Part shown: piece after piece, positions 11,685-24,400 of the stretch
How the letters are laid out: every line of letters starts with the position of its first letter
Position numbering within the stretch: the first letter of the stretch is position 1
Source: Rhizodiscina lignyota
Lineage: Eukaryota
Reading direction: 5' to 3'
DNA length: 64,000 bases
NCBI GenBank assembly: GCA_010015805.1
Contig: ML978125.1
Span: 434,001-498,000 of the forward strand
Made by a program: the position numbers and the translations under genes
The notes under the pieces: model-generated
Databases searched by the model: none
Told to the model about the DNA's origin: nothing
The model's input: only the letters and a program-made list of their open reading frames with translations

Positions 11685-12680
11685 ATGAATTCACCAACTT
11701 GGTCGCGTGTCACGACGCGATATGCCAGCCAATTAAGCAAGAACAGAGGCGGCAAAGAAGACCAGACTTTCACACTCCAAGACGGTCGCGTCTTAGGTTA
11801 TGCGGAATACGGCCATCCAAATGGCTTTCCGCTCCTATACTTCCACGGGTACCCTTCCTCCCGTCTCGAAGCCTCAGCGGTCGACAACCTGACCAAGCGC
11901 CTCCGTCTCCGAATCCTCTCCCCCGACCGTCCAGGCTTTGGCCTATCTAGCTTCCAACCCAATCGCCGAATCATTGACTACCCGGCCGATATCAAAGCCT
12001 TCGCACAACATCTTCAACTGTCCAAGTTTGCGGTATTAGGTGGGTCAGGTGGAGGGCCGTATGCCCTTGCATGTGCCCATACGTTGCCGCGGGAGATGCT
12101 GTCTGCGGTTGGCGTGATGGCTGGTGCGCCGCCATGGGAGGCAGGACCAGAGAAAATGACACTGGGGCGGCGGTGGTTGAGATGGGCAGCAGTGAATACC
12201 CCCACTGCGTTGCGTATACTGACAGATGGGCTGGTTGGTTTGCTCAGGTGGATTGTGAGCACTGGGCCAATCACGAAGAGAATTGATAAGTGGCTGGAGT
12301 CCACGAGCAAGGGAGAGCAGGAGAAGGAACCGCTTCTGGCTGCCGAAGAGCCTCGCTCCGTAGTAGAGCGAAGAGAGCAACTGCTACGTTTAGCTTTCGA
12401 AGGATTTGCACAAGGCTCCGCAGCTTCTGTCCAGGAAGCACGATTATTATCAGAGCAAGACTGGGGATTCAAGTTCGAGGATATCGACTTTCCGGTCAAA
12501 TTGTGGCATGGAACCAATGATGCAGATGCGCCAGTCGAGATGATACGTTACATGGCAAACCGGTTACCGCACGGTGTGCTTAAGGAGTTCGATGAGACGC
12601 ACTTCACTCTGGCGAATCATCTAGAGGAGATTTTGGCTGAATTTAACCCCGACACTTCCTCAAACCCTAAAGAAGCGTAG
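11685..12680 (+). CDS. Alpha/beta-fold hydrolase
   Basis: YFHGYPSSR, DRPGFGLS, GGSGGGPY (GxSxG), WHGTND and a catalytic-His region (ETHF). Confidence 0.9.
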   Translation: MNSPTWSRVTTRYASQLSKNRGGKEDQTFTLQDGRVLGYAEYGHPNGFPLLYFHGYPSSRLEASAVDNLTKRLRLRILSPDRPGFGLSSFQPNRRIIDYPADIKAFAQHLQLSKFAVLGGSGGGPYALACAHTLPREMLSAVGVMAGAPPWEAGPEKMTLGRRWLRWAAVNTPTALRILTDGLVGLLRWIVSTGPITKRIDKWLESTSKGEQEKEPLLAAEEPRSVVERREQLLRLAFEGFAQGSAASVQEARLLSEQDWGFKFEDIDFPVKLWHGTNDADAPVEMIRYMANRLPHGVLKEFDETHFTLANHLEEILAEFNPDTSSNPKEA

Positions 12681-13165
12681 AAAGATACCCCCACCTGCGG
12701 ATGCAAGTTCACTCACTCAGCTCATTGTGGGAACATAGCAGCACTCTCCCCTTCATGTAATAAAATAATTACCATGGTCTATTTGGACTCCAACATATCA
12801 TTTTGCCACTGGGCCGACTGAGACGTTTAGCTGCAGCTATTCGATATCACGCTCGTGGTTCTTCAACCTACGTTCAATGGCACTGCTTCACTCAAAGCTC
12901 TTTCAAGACAAGGCGACAATATTATATCCGGGCTTTGGCTGGCGTTCCATTTATGAAGAAGTGAGAAGTTCAGACGATTTTGCAGTAAGATTCCCTCATA
13001 TTTGAATGGTTTCTGTTTCAGGAAATGCGATGAGAGGAATCGAAGAGCGAAAAGAAAACGGTATCTCCAAAGTAGCAATCTCAAGATGCTCTAAATTTCG
13101 ACTTCCTTCAAGAGAAGATCCGTTTAATTTTCCTTATCTTCATAACCAATACCATTCATCCGATG

Positions 13166-14043
13166 TCAAGAGCGCGGCAACGGCACCCAAGGCGGTTCCT
13201 GGCCGAGCACGGCAGGCTGCTCGGATCCAAATAGGCCCTGATGATATGCCGCATCAAGGTTTGCGCGGAGCTGAAGGTTCTTTCTGCGGAGCTTGCTGTT
13301 TGTTTTGATTTCGTGGTCAAGAAATGTGACCAGCAATGTCAGGCGCATCTGTGCCGCAATGGCAGACTTGCACGACGCTCTGGAGTGCTTCATACTTACC
13401 CGCTTGGTCTCACACTGCCAGGGCTTGTAGTAGACAGGAACGGGAACCTCAGTGGGGATCTGTTGTCTCTCATGGCGTGTACGGAGAGTAATGCCCATAC
13501 TCCGATTCTCATCCGAGATCCTTATGTTCTCTTCTAGGATATCATCAAATTCTCGCTTCGCCACTGCGGTTTCGCACTGAGTTAGGTCTATCTGACTGCA
13601 CGCACCTTCATGTGCTGTCTGATCATGAAAGCAGCAACCGCTCATTGCAGAAAATGAATCGAGCAGGGCCACTGATAGAGATGAACCGGCGTCGAGTGGC
13701 TCTGACAATATCTGTACTGAGAAACGAAAATGTCGAGCACTGCTTTGAAACGGGAAGCGTTATTCCGGATTGCCCAATCCAATTCCACCGCAAACTGACG
13801 GAACTGTTCTGGCGATTCTTCGTCTTCGTACTCTATAGATCGATCATCTTCCAGAGTAGCCGGCCGCTCCACTCCCGCCATAAGCATCGTATCAAATGCT
13901 CGGAGCATGGCTTCTCCTGGCGAACGAATTCCGCGCAATTCATGGCACCAAGCATACTCGTTATTGCGTACGAGATCAAACGCTTTCTGGTCTATAAGCT
14001 TTAGAGGCTCCGTGGAGTTAGCGTAGAGGAGGATATCGAACAT
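13166..14043 (-). CDS. Hypothetical protein or degraded gene (two overlapping ORFs)
   Basis: ORFs 13642-14043 and 13166-13708 lie on the same strand in different frames, with a GTAAGT donor near 13399. No recognised domain; the model is unresolved. Confidence 0.3.
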
Positions 14044-14699
14044 TGCTGCGCCAGGAACCTGAATTGTGTCGTTAATTTTAAATTGGTATGTTTAGCGAGT
14101 GGCAGACTAGAGGGACCATGTGAATACCAAGTTGCGCGGAAGAACGAAGCTGGAGATACAGAATGAAACTGCTGCGCATTTTATGCAGTCCAAGGCAAAG
14201 CAGTAGTGTCCGATGTCTTGAATCGTCATGTTTGCCATGTTTGCAATAGATCGATTGTCATTGTTGACAAGATTGGGAGACATCGTCCAAGACATTCAAG
14301 GAAGCAAGCTTTTCGGAAGCTTGTGGTAATCCCATCCCCCTGCGGAAGGATGGAGAGTTTGCTGTGAAGCAGAGACCATATGCAACGACGACATTTTGCT
14401 GACGATTAAAGACCTGGAATCGGTGAAACAACTCAGACTTCTGAACTGTAAGGTCTTTCAGAGCATGTGAGAATGATCGGTACCAATCATTCCCGATTGA
14501 GAGCACGTGAGAGCGCGACGAAATGCAGCTGAGATGAATCGCGGAGCGGGCGCCACTCGTGTCTTTATTGAAGGTAAGCGAAAATGGCGCGTCAGACAGG
14601 ATGAGCCCATTTAAACCTGTTGGATTGCCTCTCTGAACTCATCAAACCCTCGTTGTTGCCATCCAAGCCATCATTCTAGCAATCTCGAACTGTCTCTTC

Positions 14700-15083
14700 A
14701 TGATGTCGGAAACCATCAACGCCGTCTACATCGTCCTTCGCAAGGACTTCGACCACCACACCGATCGCAAAGGCCGCCTCGCCCTCCCAATCGGAGCGTA
14801 CTCGACAGTCACAGCTGCCAATGACGCTGCCAAAGCACACTGCACCGCCGAAGCGAGGAAAGGGCCAGATTATGGCGACGGTCCCGAGCACGAAATGAAG
14901 GACGGCCTGTACAAAGGGAGCTGCACGACGAGGCAAGATAGGCGAGACAATTTTGAAGTGTGGGTCAAGATGATGAAATTGGGTGATGTGAAAAAAACGA
15001 CGAAGCGGAAGAGTCAAGGAGAAGCGGGAGATGGAGCAGTAGCAAAGAAGGGGAAGGCGGCTGCTCCTTCCACGACGAGTTAG
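14700..15083 (+). CDS. Small hypothetical protein with Lys-rich C-terminus
   Basis: 127-aa ORF with C/G-ending codon bias, a globular-looking N-terminus and an NLS-like KKTTKRK. Confidence 0.65.
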   Translation: MMSETINAVYIVLRKDFDHHTDRKGRLALPIGAYSTVTAANDAAKAHCTAEARKGPDYGDGPEHEMKDGLYKGSCTTRQDRRDNFEVWVKMMKLGDVKKTTKRKSQGEAGDGAVAKKGKAAAPSTTS

Positions 15084-15515
15084 AGGAAGTTAGGATATTG
15101 AGCTGCCACAATTTTCGCTTCTCATTTGGATTGTATTCTTCTTTCGTATGAACAGATTTGGGTGGAATTCGTCTAATACAGCAAGGCAAAAAAGAGATCA
15201 TGGATATTCCAATAATACTGCAATCATAACGGGATCTTATGGATGCACCGAACCCCAGCTACGCGATGATCTCGCGGGGAATGCGCAAGTTTATAAGCGG
15301 CACTTTTCGGATATGCAGATGAAAACATCACATTTGGACACCGGAGAACCGGGGCTCAACTCGAAAGCAGAGGCATATTTGTAGCTCTTAAGCGGGTAAG
15401 TTTGGTTTAAAGCTTTCCTTGATTCCAATGTGTCTCTTATCGTGGCTCTCCGATCTGCTCTATCTATTTCTTCCGTTTTGACGCGTCGTGACGCGTCTAC
15501 ATCCACGTTAGCACC

Positions 15516-16971
15516 ATGATTTCAGCGCGTGGTGCAAGGTATATTCAATCTGGCTATGCTCGAGGAGACAAGAACTTTTATGACAGATATGACAATCCTG
15601 ATGGAATTGTCGACTTTGGAAATGCAGAGAATGTTCGTTTTGCGTCTATTATGTGTGATTTCGTTATCTGAATATGGCAGTTTTTGATGCACAATTTGAT
15701 GACCGAATATATCAACCACCGTGTGAGTAATTTAGTTCTGTTTCAAATGAGAGGCTAATAACGGAAGCAGAGACCTTTTCAATGGAAACTCTGCACTTAC
15801 AACGAAGGTGCCACTGGGAGCACGCGTCTTTGCAGCGCAATGGCTGGCCTGGTCAACGACTACTTTGCACCACTAACTCCAATATCCGCAGATCATATTA
15901 CATTTACAGCCGGCGTTACTGCTCTAAACGAAATGATCACTCAAGTTCTCTGCAACGAAGGCGACACCATCATGCTCGGGAGGCCAAGTTACGGCTCGTT
16001 CAACAAAGACCTGGTGCTCCGGACAGATGTCCAGCTCGAATACGTTGGCTTCAATGGCGCCGATCAGTTCGCTCCTGAAGTCGTTGATGTCTATGCTGAT
16101 GCTTTGAAGCAGGCCAGAGAGCGCGGCTCAAAAGTCAGAGCGCTTCTGGTATGCAATCCGCATAACCCACTTGGACGATGTTATCCCCAAGCAACGCTCG
16201 AGCGACTTGTCGACTTTTGTGTCTCTGAGGATCTGCATTTGATTAGCGACGAAATCTATGCGCTGTCCATTTTCAATCCCACGGCTCAATTCACCTCCGT
16301 TCTTGGCTGCGGCAAAGACACACCCGAGTACCACAACCGTGTGCATGTATTGTACGGAATGTCAAAAGATTTTGCTGGTGCGGGCCTTCGCCTAGGCTGC
16401 CTGATCAGTCGTAGCAAAGTCGTCAATGATGCGATCCGGCCAATCTGCCGCTTTGCTTCACCTTCGGAGATCTCTGGGTTTTTGGCCGCGGAGCTCCTCG
16501 ACGAGAAGGACCTTGTAAAGTCGTTCATAGAGCAAAGCCGAAAGGCACTGTTCCAAAGTCATAGATTTGCAGCTGGCCTTCTCCATGAGGCAGGGATTAA
16601 ATATTATTGGCCTGTGTATGTCTCCTCATAGTCTTCCACATTTCCTTGGTGCTTCGTTGATTCCTGCTCTGCTAATTGTTCGCAGCGATGCCGGATTCTT
16701 CATATTGATGGACCTCTCCTCGTTCCTCCCACTGTTGGAGACCAATGGAGATGCATGGGCTGCAGAAAGATTGCTCTCCAAGTGCTTCATGGACCAAAAG
16801 GTCGACATGTCAAGGGGAGAGGTATATCACGATGAACGACCCGGCCAGTTCCGATTAATACATAGCTTTGATCAAAATATGATAATCGAGGGTGTCAGGA
16901 GGTAAGAATTTGTCTATAGTAAATGATCTTTGTTAAGACATCACAGGATACGGAAGGTGCTTGGCATCTAA
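15516..16971 (+). CDS. PLP-dependent class I/II aminotransferase (ACC-synthase/GliI-like), multi-exon
   Basis: Exon 1 MISARG...NPDGIVDFGNAEN. Motifs CNPHNPLG, ISDEIY, GMSKDFAGAGLRLG (PLP Lys), AGFF and PGQFR. Last exon ends in TAA at 16971. Confidence 0.85.
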
Positions 16972-17279
16972 CCGAGATGGAAAGAACTGCGAGGTACTCT
17001 CGAGCGACTTAACCTGTGTTTCTAAAAACCGCAAATCAATCGTTGCCATACTTCATTGCACGTAGAGAGCAGCACAACAATACATAATTGCGGGTCTTAG
17101 CTTTCCAGAAGAGGGGTGAGCGGGCAGTGGGCGCGGATGTTCCCCGCCCGGCTCACTATTGTGGGAGGAAATATCAACAACAACTAATCCTAGAAATGAA
17201 GGTATTTCGATTTCCAAAAGCTGTTCATATCATCATATTTGTTTCCCAGTGAAGATTTTCATTTTCATTTCCGTCGAAA

Positions 17280-18719
17280 ATGTCGCAAGATCTATCAGTC
17301 TCTTCTGATCGAGACCGTACGCTCGATCTAGCAACATACCTCTCAAAGCTCACTTACGACGATATTCCAAATGATGTTGTGCACATAGCAAAGGCATCTA
17401 TTCTAAACTCCGTTGGCTGCGGTCTCTCTTCCGCGATGCTTGAGCCAGCCAAGAAATTGTTCGCCGCTCTCGATGTAACTGGAAAAAAACCTCGCCCAGT
17501 CACGGTCCTTGCTCGACCAGAACATGCAACTGTTGATGATGCAGCACTTCTCAATGGACTGTCTATGACTGCGCGATTCTTCGACGATACGCATTTGGGC
17601 ACAGTCATCCACCCATCTGGACCTCCGCTTGCTGCAATCTTGGCGTATGCCGAAGCCCACCACATGAGTGGGAAGGATGTTATAGTGGCATTCTTGGTCG
17701 GTGTAGAAACTTTGCTGGCTGTCGGGTACGCTCTTGGGCTGGGACCGTACAGGAAAGGGTGGCATCTTACCAGCATCACCGGTACATTCGGAGCTACAGC
17801 TGCTATTGCAAAGCTAATGAACCTTCCTCCTGAGAAGTTTGCTATTGCGTTCGGTCACGCGTCGAGCATGGCGGCGGGCTCCAGAGGTGTCTTCGCGACC
17901 GACACATTGATAATGCATGCGGGACGTGCCGCGCAAAATGGGCTCTTAGCTGCCCGCATTGCTCGAGAGGGGTTTGGGAGTACTACGCACGCCCTGGAGA
18001 AATGGGTACAGCTCATTTCGGTCGGAGACAGCAATCCATCTCTAGTCAGCGCACCGGCTGATGCGAAGCCGAATGAGCGGAAGTGGGAGATACTTGAAAA
18101 CGCATTCAAGCCTTATCCGTGTGGCATTGTGATTCATCCCATCATCGATGCGGGAGTGGAAGGGCATCAATACTTTTTCAAGAGCGACGACAGCCCGATT
18201 AAGGGAAAGTCGCCGCGGGATGCCTTGGATATCTTTCCGGAGATCGAAGTATTGGTGACGCCTCTGACTTTACGGCTATGCAGTGTCAAGCACCCAGAGA
18301 ACTTCCCGCAGGTCATGTTCAGTACCTACCATGGGCTTGCTGTTGGATTGGTGTATGGTAACGGCGGGATAAAGGAATTCTCGGGAGAAGTGGCCAATGA
18401 TCCTGTCATTAAGGCATTAAGGGACCGGACTACTCTCAAGACAGACGATTCGTTGGGAGATGACCAAGCTTCTGTCACCTTCACATACAGCTCTTCCACG
18501 GGCCGTGGAGAAAAGAAGGTCTTCATTGAGCATGCGACAGGATCCTTGCTAAATCCGATGACAGACAAACAATTAGACACCAAATTCTTGGACCAAGCGA
18601 TAGCAGGAAATGTAGACAAAGGAAGTGCCTCGGAAGCATTAAAGGAACTTTGGGATTTAGAAAAGGTGGACGATATTGGCTCTGTAATGAAGAAGCTTGT
18701 ATCGGCCTCGGTGCCGTAG
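17280..18719 (+). CDS. MmgE/PrpD family enzyme (2-methylcitrate dehydratase / cis-aconitate decarboxylase / iminodisuccinate epimerase superfamily)
   Basis: Motifs AALLNG, FDDTH, VIHPSG, GWHLTSITG, FKPYPCGIVIHP and GSLLNPMT. Intronless, 479 aa. Confidence 0.9.
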   Translation: MSQDLSVSSDRDRTLDLATYLSKLTYDDIPNDVVHIAKASILNSVGCGLSSAMLEPAKKLFAALDVTGKKPRPVTVLARPEHATVDDAALLNGLSMTARFFDDTHLGTVIHPSGPPLAAILAYAEAHHMSGKDVIVAFLVGVETLLAVGYALGLGPYRKGWHLTSITGTFGATAAIAKLMNLPPEKFAIAFGHASSMAAGSRGVFATDTLIMHAGRAAQNGLLAARIAREGFGSTTHALEKWVQLISVGDSNPSLVSAPADAKPNERKWEILENAFKPYPCGIVIHPIIDAGVEGHQYFFKSDDSPIKGKSPRDALDIFPEIEVLVTPLTLRLCSVKHPENFPQVMFSTYHGLAVGLVYGNGGIKEFSGEVANDPVIKALRDRTTLKTDDSLGDDQASVTFTYSSSTGRGEKKVFIEHATGSLLNPMTDKQLDTKFLDQAIAGNVDKGSASEALKELWDLEKVDDIGSVMKKLVSASVP

Positions 18720-20105
18720 GCATCGTCGAATCAAAACGTTTCCATCGTTTCCGTCATGTACAAGGCCAGCCGGCCGATTCCAGTGAATGCCTCTTCTGCA
18801 ATTAGCCTTTGTCAGCCACCAAAATTGGGAAGTTGGCTTAGTACGCAATTCTACATACCATAGGGCTGGTCCAAGCGTGCTTTATGAATCGATCTACTTA
18901 AAGCTGGGGAATGTCCATCTCCGTCTCACTTGAGACTGTCTGTGCGTATGGAAGTCAAGCATATGGACTGGTTTGTATAGCTGTATAGTCGGGAAGTCGG
19001 TCTTTTCAGTTCTTCTCTCTTTTTCATGTCCTCGTCTTTCACAGTTTGTTTGTTACCTCATCAGATGTGTCAGGCACTCCTTTCTCCTTCCTCTGCCAAC
19101 CTTTTCTCCCGCCCCCAGCGACTCAATGGCAGTCAATTGCGTCAACACGGGGACTGAGTTCCTGTATTGGCTAGCTATATGAAGCCGTCTCCGATCTACT
19201 CGGTCGCTCCGTTCGCGAAATTCGAGGCCCACGACGATTACAATGCCCCCACAGGATGAGTAAGGCCGCAGATCTGCAACACAGCTCGGGCGAGGAAGAT
19301 GGGCCAATCACGCCGAGATTCGTTGCAGCGGGGTATGCTGTCAAAGCACATGCAGCGATCAACACATTCGACTGATCCAGGCCCCACTCGGGACGTTGCG
19401 ATGTGGTGAGACAGAGCTGAATTTAAGCATATCGGACACTCCACTTTTGTAGCCGCAGGGTCGGCGGCTTGGGGCCGACGTCAATTTCAGGGCACGCAAA
19501 GCTTGAAGCCTTCGTCCCTTCGCTCTCCACCTTCTTTTGACTGCGAGGCATTTCAACCTTCACGATGCTCTCGTCGATCTTCGTTGAGGAATCCTTTTAT
19601 TCGACAGTCGCCTTCGCCGCCGTCGCGCAATACGTTCCCCAGCTGCATGCTAGGCCTGCTCAGTAAGCCCAGTAAGCCGCAAGCGATGCAAACCCCACCC
19701 CGGTCCATGGGCGGCGTCTCTCTTCGCAGAAAGAGAGCCGAATCGCACAACGGTAGATCCATATTCCTTGCACTTGTCATGGCCTAAAGGCTTCTAGTAG
19801 ACGCGGCAGGGCTGGGCAAGTTACTATTTGGGGTCGTAATCTTGATTTCCGCTTTGCGTTTATGCTTACTTATAGATACTCATTCCGCAATCTGAAATCC
19901 TTTGCGAATTCTTCTCCCAAAAAGATTCAAATGTACATCTCACTCCCCTGCCACTTCAAGCCACACCCTCCGCACAGACGTGTTCTTGAGTAATCGTACA
20001 GATTCAGGGCCCACTTTTCCTGACTCTCTTTAAGCTTGGCTCTCATCTATACTCCATACACTCTTTGAATATGCTGCTGGAAAGAGCGGCGGTTGGCGGC
20101 CCTAC

Positions 20106-21216
20106 ATGGTCGACGCCGGCGGCCCATGGGTGAGGTCTTTCAACTTCATAATAGATGCCAAGTCCACTGTAGCTCACTGAACCAAGTGTCTTCATCGCCT
20201 TCAGCGCCGTTGCGATATGGTCGAGCGTCCCCTTGACGCTCCGAGTATTCACAACGCTTAAACGCCGCCGAGGACCATACTTCTGGTCTCTTCTCATCAC
20301 ATCTTGGGGCCTCTGCATTCGCCAGATCGGATACACGCTCAGCTTCCTCGCACCATGGGTCTCGTGGATCGCCAGTAACATCCTTGCCCAAGCCGGCTGG
20401 GTTGCGATGGTGACGGGTTTCTCGGTCGTGCTCTACTCGCGTCTGAACCTGATCGTGGAAAGTCGAAAAGTGCGCCGATGGGCCCTCGTCATGATCGTCG
20501 CTGACGGCCTCATATTCCATCCGGCCATGATCACGCTCTCGATAGGCCAAATCGCACTACGCCATGAGGGAAAATTGCATGCGGTGGCACAGTGGCAGAG
20601 CGTATTCAAGCCGCTAGAACGAATCCAGATCTTGGTCTTTTCTGCTCAAGAGACCATCATCTCGTTTTTCTACGTGTGGGCTGCGTACCAATATCTCCGA
20701 AGCCGGTTCGAGCAGGGTGGGAAAACTCGGAGCGCCATGATACTCCTCCTGGTCGTCCAGCTTGTAATTGTGGCCGTGGATATTGCCCTCATCGCCATCG
20801 ACTTCGCTGGCCTTTTGGAGCTCAAGCTCTTCATCCACTCGTTTGTATACGCCGCGAAACTGGAGCTCGAATTCGTTGTGCTGAATCAACTCGTTGAGCT
20901 TTCAAAGCTGGGCGTACCTGGCCTTCCATCATCAACCAAAGGTCTAACGCATGGCTCGCAGAAAGTCGACGACGAGGCGAAAGTTGGCGACTCACCTGGG
21001 CCAGAATTCATGACAGCGAAAGCTATGGAATGGACACCACCACAGTCGCCGGACTCTCAATCCATAAGCGGAACTCGTTTCGCGGGACCCTCTCAAAAAG
21101 AGAAGAGAGATACTATGTTCAAAAACGCATCGCCAATAGGACCAACAGCAGAGATGCATGAAATAGACATTGATGTTTTGGGACTAAAGAAGACCATCAC
21201 CAATCCAGATGGATGA
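20106..21216 (+). CDS. Multi-pass integral membrane protein (fungal DUF7703-like)
   Basis: Exon 1 MVDAGGPW (20106-20129), intron 20130-20172, then about 6-7 hydrophobic helices. Motifs YFWSLL, GWVAMVTGFSVVLYSRL, QETIIS and KLELEFVVLNQL. Confidence 0.8.
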
Positions 21217-22084
21217 ATATTCACACCGTTTGCTTCACCACTTAATCCGGATTCTATTCAACGAGCCAGAGTGCCGCAGCAGCTACATTGGATCAACAGA
21301 AAGAGATTCATGACAGAAGACTCTCAATAGGTATGATTTTCACAAGATCGGCTTCGGATAGAACGTTGGCTGAGTTTTATCATCAGTTACCGAAGCTGCC
21401 TTCGTCCGACCCATCCAAATTGCAGGTATTCTGGCAAACCTACTGCGATTGCGACGAGCGAATATTTGCGAGCATGACTTTGGATTGTCCGAGAACAACG
21501 GACTGCCTCGAGAAAGAAGCAGTCAGTTCGGCATCACGCGAAAGGGGCAATTCTGCAACCATACGCTACAGCTGCACTTCCAAGCTATCACTTACCAGAA
21601 ACGGCACCGCGTTGCGACAAGGGCCGATCTAGCATATGCAGAAGCTGGCGCCGTTTCATGCACGCAGGTCAGCATGGTCGGCAACGGAACCACTGTTCCG
21701 GGATATCTCCAAAAAGCTTGGTTCACGCCCTGCGTAAAGGGAAAGACATACACTATTGTTAACCAAATAGTTGCCGACATATGGTTCACAGATTAATGTT
21801 GAATCCTTCGAAGCCGATCTTCCGTACGTGTCAAGCCCAATCGCATTCCGACATGCCACTTCACACACGTGTCCGGCTCCATCTTCACAGTCTCCCGTGG
21901 ATTCATGCTCTGCTTGACTGACAGACATGTGCCACCACAAAGCCAATTAGCTAGCAACATTATGGTTCACAAATCGATGTTGAATCCCAGAAGCCGCTTT
22001 TCCGTACATGGCAAGCTCATCTGCTTCGTGACGCGTCTCTCACCACATATCCCCATCTATCTTCTCTCCTTTCCATCCTCGGCT

Positions 22085-23038
22085 CTACTCCATCATCGCC
22101 TCCCGCTGCCTCTCCTGCTCCTCCCTAATCCTCGTCCACTGCCACGGCTCGTCAACCTCCCTCTCCCCTCCCTCCCTCCGCCACACTGCAATCGTCCTCA
22201 TCGGATCAACTTCATTCGCATCCATCCACCCCTTTAGTCCATCCCAGTCTCTGCACACTGCATTATACGTGAAATCTGGCTGCGGGATATCGACGTCCCG
22301 CATCCAATTATATGTGATTAGTTCCGTGGGCGCTGCGCACTGCAGCGCTTCTCGCACGACGTCGAGACAGTGCAATAGATGATCTTCGTGTAAAGGTGAG
22401 AGCATAGATGCGTCGGGATAGTAGTACTCCCGGAAGAGATTCTTCCTGATGCCGTTGAGGCAGTGGAGTTGGTGCGTTACAAGTGGCATCATGAGATGCG
22501 CGTCAGGGTTATCTGGCGCATGGACTGTGAGAGAGGGGTCTTTGCCTATGTGGGTGACGTCGGCGGCGGTGATGTATGTGAGGCCGAGACGTGTGAGTTG
22601 TTTCCATGCCTCGTCGACTTGAAGACCAGGTGGTTGGGCGTAGACGGAGCGGTTGTAGAGCGTGTCGTTGATGGATTTGGTTTTGAGCGGAACGGAGACG
22701 CGATCGAGGAGCGGTGCTGCGAGCACGGTCAGACGGATTGAACCACCATGAGAAGCCCAATACGTACAGTAGTATGATGTTTGTTTCAGGAGGGGGTTAA
22801 GGTCAGTGGCGTAGCCGTCTGTGGAGGGGTTGTTGCTACGAAATGTACGAAAAGCCACATCGGCAAATGTCACGAGAAACATTGTACAATTCAAAACGAC
22901 AAGAATGAATGTCCACTTGTAATTGAGCTTCCTCGATGCGCCTCCGTCGATAGGTAATTGGACGCCCTGCTCTTCATCTTTCTCAAGCATTGGTAGTCTT
23001 TCTTCCGCTGAGTACCCATCTTGCTTGAGATTCGCCAT
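22085..23038 (-). CDS. UstYa/DUF3328 family oxidase (fungal RiPP cyclisation/tailoring enzyme)
   Basis: N-terminal TM anchor. An in-frame 51-nt intron (22717-22767) restores YYSPLLDR. Motifs VDEAW, two HxxHC (HQLHCL, HLLHCL), LQCA and the C-terminal CRDW. Confidence 0.92.
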   Translation of the reverse strand: MANLKQDGYSAEERLPMLEKDEEQGVQLPIDGGASRKLNYKWTFILVVLNCTMFLVTFADVAFRTFRSNNPSTDGYATDLNPLLKQTSYYCTYWASHGGSIRLTVLAAPLLDRVSVPLKTKSINDTLYNRSVYAQPPGLQVDEAWKQLTRLGLTYITAADVTHIGKDPSLTVHAPDNPDAHLMMPLVTHQLHCLNGIRKNLFREYYYPDASMLSPLHEDHLLHCLDVVREALQCAAPTELITYNWMRDVDIPQPDFTYNAVCRDWDGLKGWMDANEVDPMRTIAVWRREGGEREVDEPWQWTRIREEQERQREAMME

Positions 23039-24305
23039 TTTCTTTAGAGCCAGTGAAACATCTGAGAGAACTTTGGAGAATGAATGAGCGACTGAGGAGA
23101 TAGTGGAGATAGAAAAAGATCATTATTCTAAATTCCAGAAACGGTACCATCGCCGGTATGATTTATCGTTCCCTTGAGTGGTGACATGTAACCTCGAAGC
23201 ATTTGCAAGACTGCGACGGATTTGGCAGGCGCTTTGCTCAGATAAGCTCGATCGCTACGTTGATTTAAGCTAGATAGTGGAATACGAGCCGACCCGTGGT
23301 GCTGACGCCAAGGATCACCAACCACATCCCCCAAGTTTGTGCTAAGGACACAATGGCGTAGTCCTTGCGAAAGAAACCAATGGGCGGTTGATGTTATACA
23401 GGAAATATCCAGGTTCCGCGCCGAGTGGTGGGATCATTTGCGGCCGAGGCGACGATCCGTTCGAGCATTAACTAAACGTTGATATCCACAAGGTAACCTT
23501 GGTTTCGCCGATGGTGCTCGAAGTCCTAAAAATTCAAGTGCTGTCGGAATTGTTCAAGCATTTCCGCGGGGATTACCGAGCTTCCTGATCTTGCTATTGC
23601 CCTTCCTTGACAGATATTCAGAGATTATGCTGAGGGATTAAGCCGTGGAAAGCCGCCAGTGGTGTCTGGCAAAGCTTTGATACCACTTGTTAGTGTTGAT
23701 TCGCTAATGTTAACTCGCTTGGACGTTCTAGTTAGCGACTGATGTATACGCGACTATGCCACCTTCTGTTTTCTGCCAAGATCGCGATATCTTCCAATGG
23801 GAGCCAAACACTAATACAATCTTCGATCTCTCGCACTCCCACCAGAAGCTCTTTGGAGTCATCAACTCCGGGAGCGTCAGCGAGCTCCACAAAGTCGTCA
23901 TCAGGATGCAGTGTGTAAAGCGGAATGCGACATTTTCAACAGGTGCTGGCAATCGAAGGATTCGATTGTCTTTGATCCCTTGCCCTTCATACCGAAAGAT
24001 GCTTGGAGGCATGGATTACGAAAGCGACAGTTAGATCCATATTCAAGAGCAAGGACTGCACGGTTACCGAGAATAACCGCCAAGCAGCTAGAAGGTGCAA
24101 AGTGAGGTCATACTCCAAGATGTCTGTTGAATGAACCGGAAACAAATACTGCAAATAGCAGGAGATTAAATGTACTCAATCGGAGCACGAGGATAAAGGT
24201 GCAGAAGAAAGTCGGCCTACTGGAGGTGTCGACGTAAACTTGCAGATTTGGCTGAAGAGTTAAGGAATTGAGAAAGGATGAATGTAAGCGACAGGTTCTC
24301 AGTGG

Positions 24306-24311
24306 TATAAA
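24306..24311 (+). promoter_or_regulatory. Putative TATA box of the repeat-precursor gene
   Basis: TATAAA about 90 nt upstream of the ATG at 24401. Confidence 0.45.
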
Positions 24312-24400
24312 TGGGAAGGAAATTCGTCGATATTGAAAGTATCAGAACCATCCTGCAGGGCAGATCAGCAGCAGATCAACATCTCTAGAACAAAATCAAT

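Noticed and set aside
21288..22080. Short ORFs between the membrane protein and the oxidase (also 23100-24100) as additional RiPP genes
   Set aside because: No recognisable motifs, signal peptides, repeats or consistent splice model.
24333..24400. N-terminus of the 167-aa ORF in the track
   Set aside because: It starts at TTG and reads through the intron. The spliced ATG-24401 model gives a proper signal peptide.
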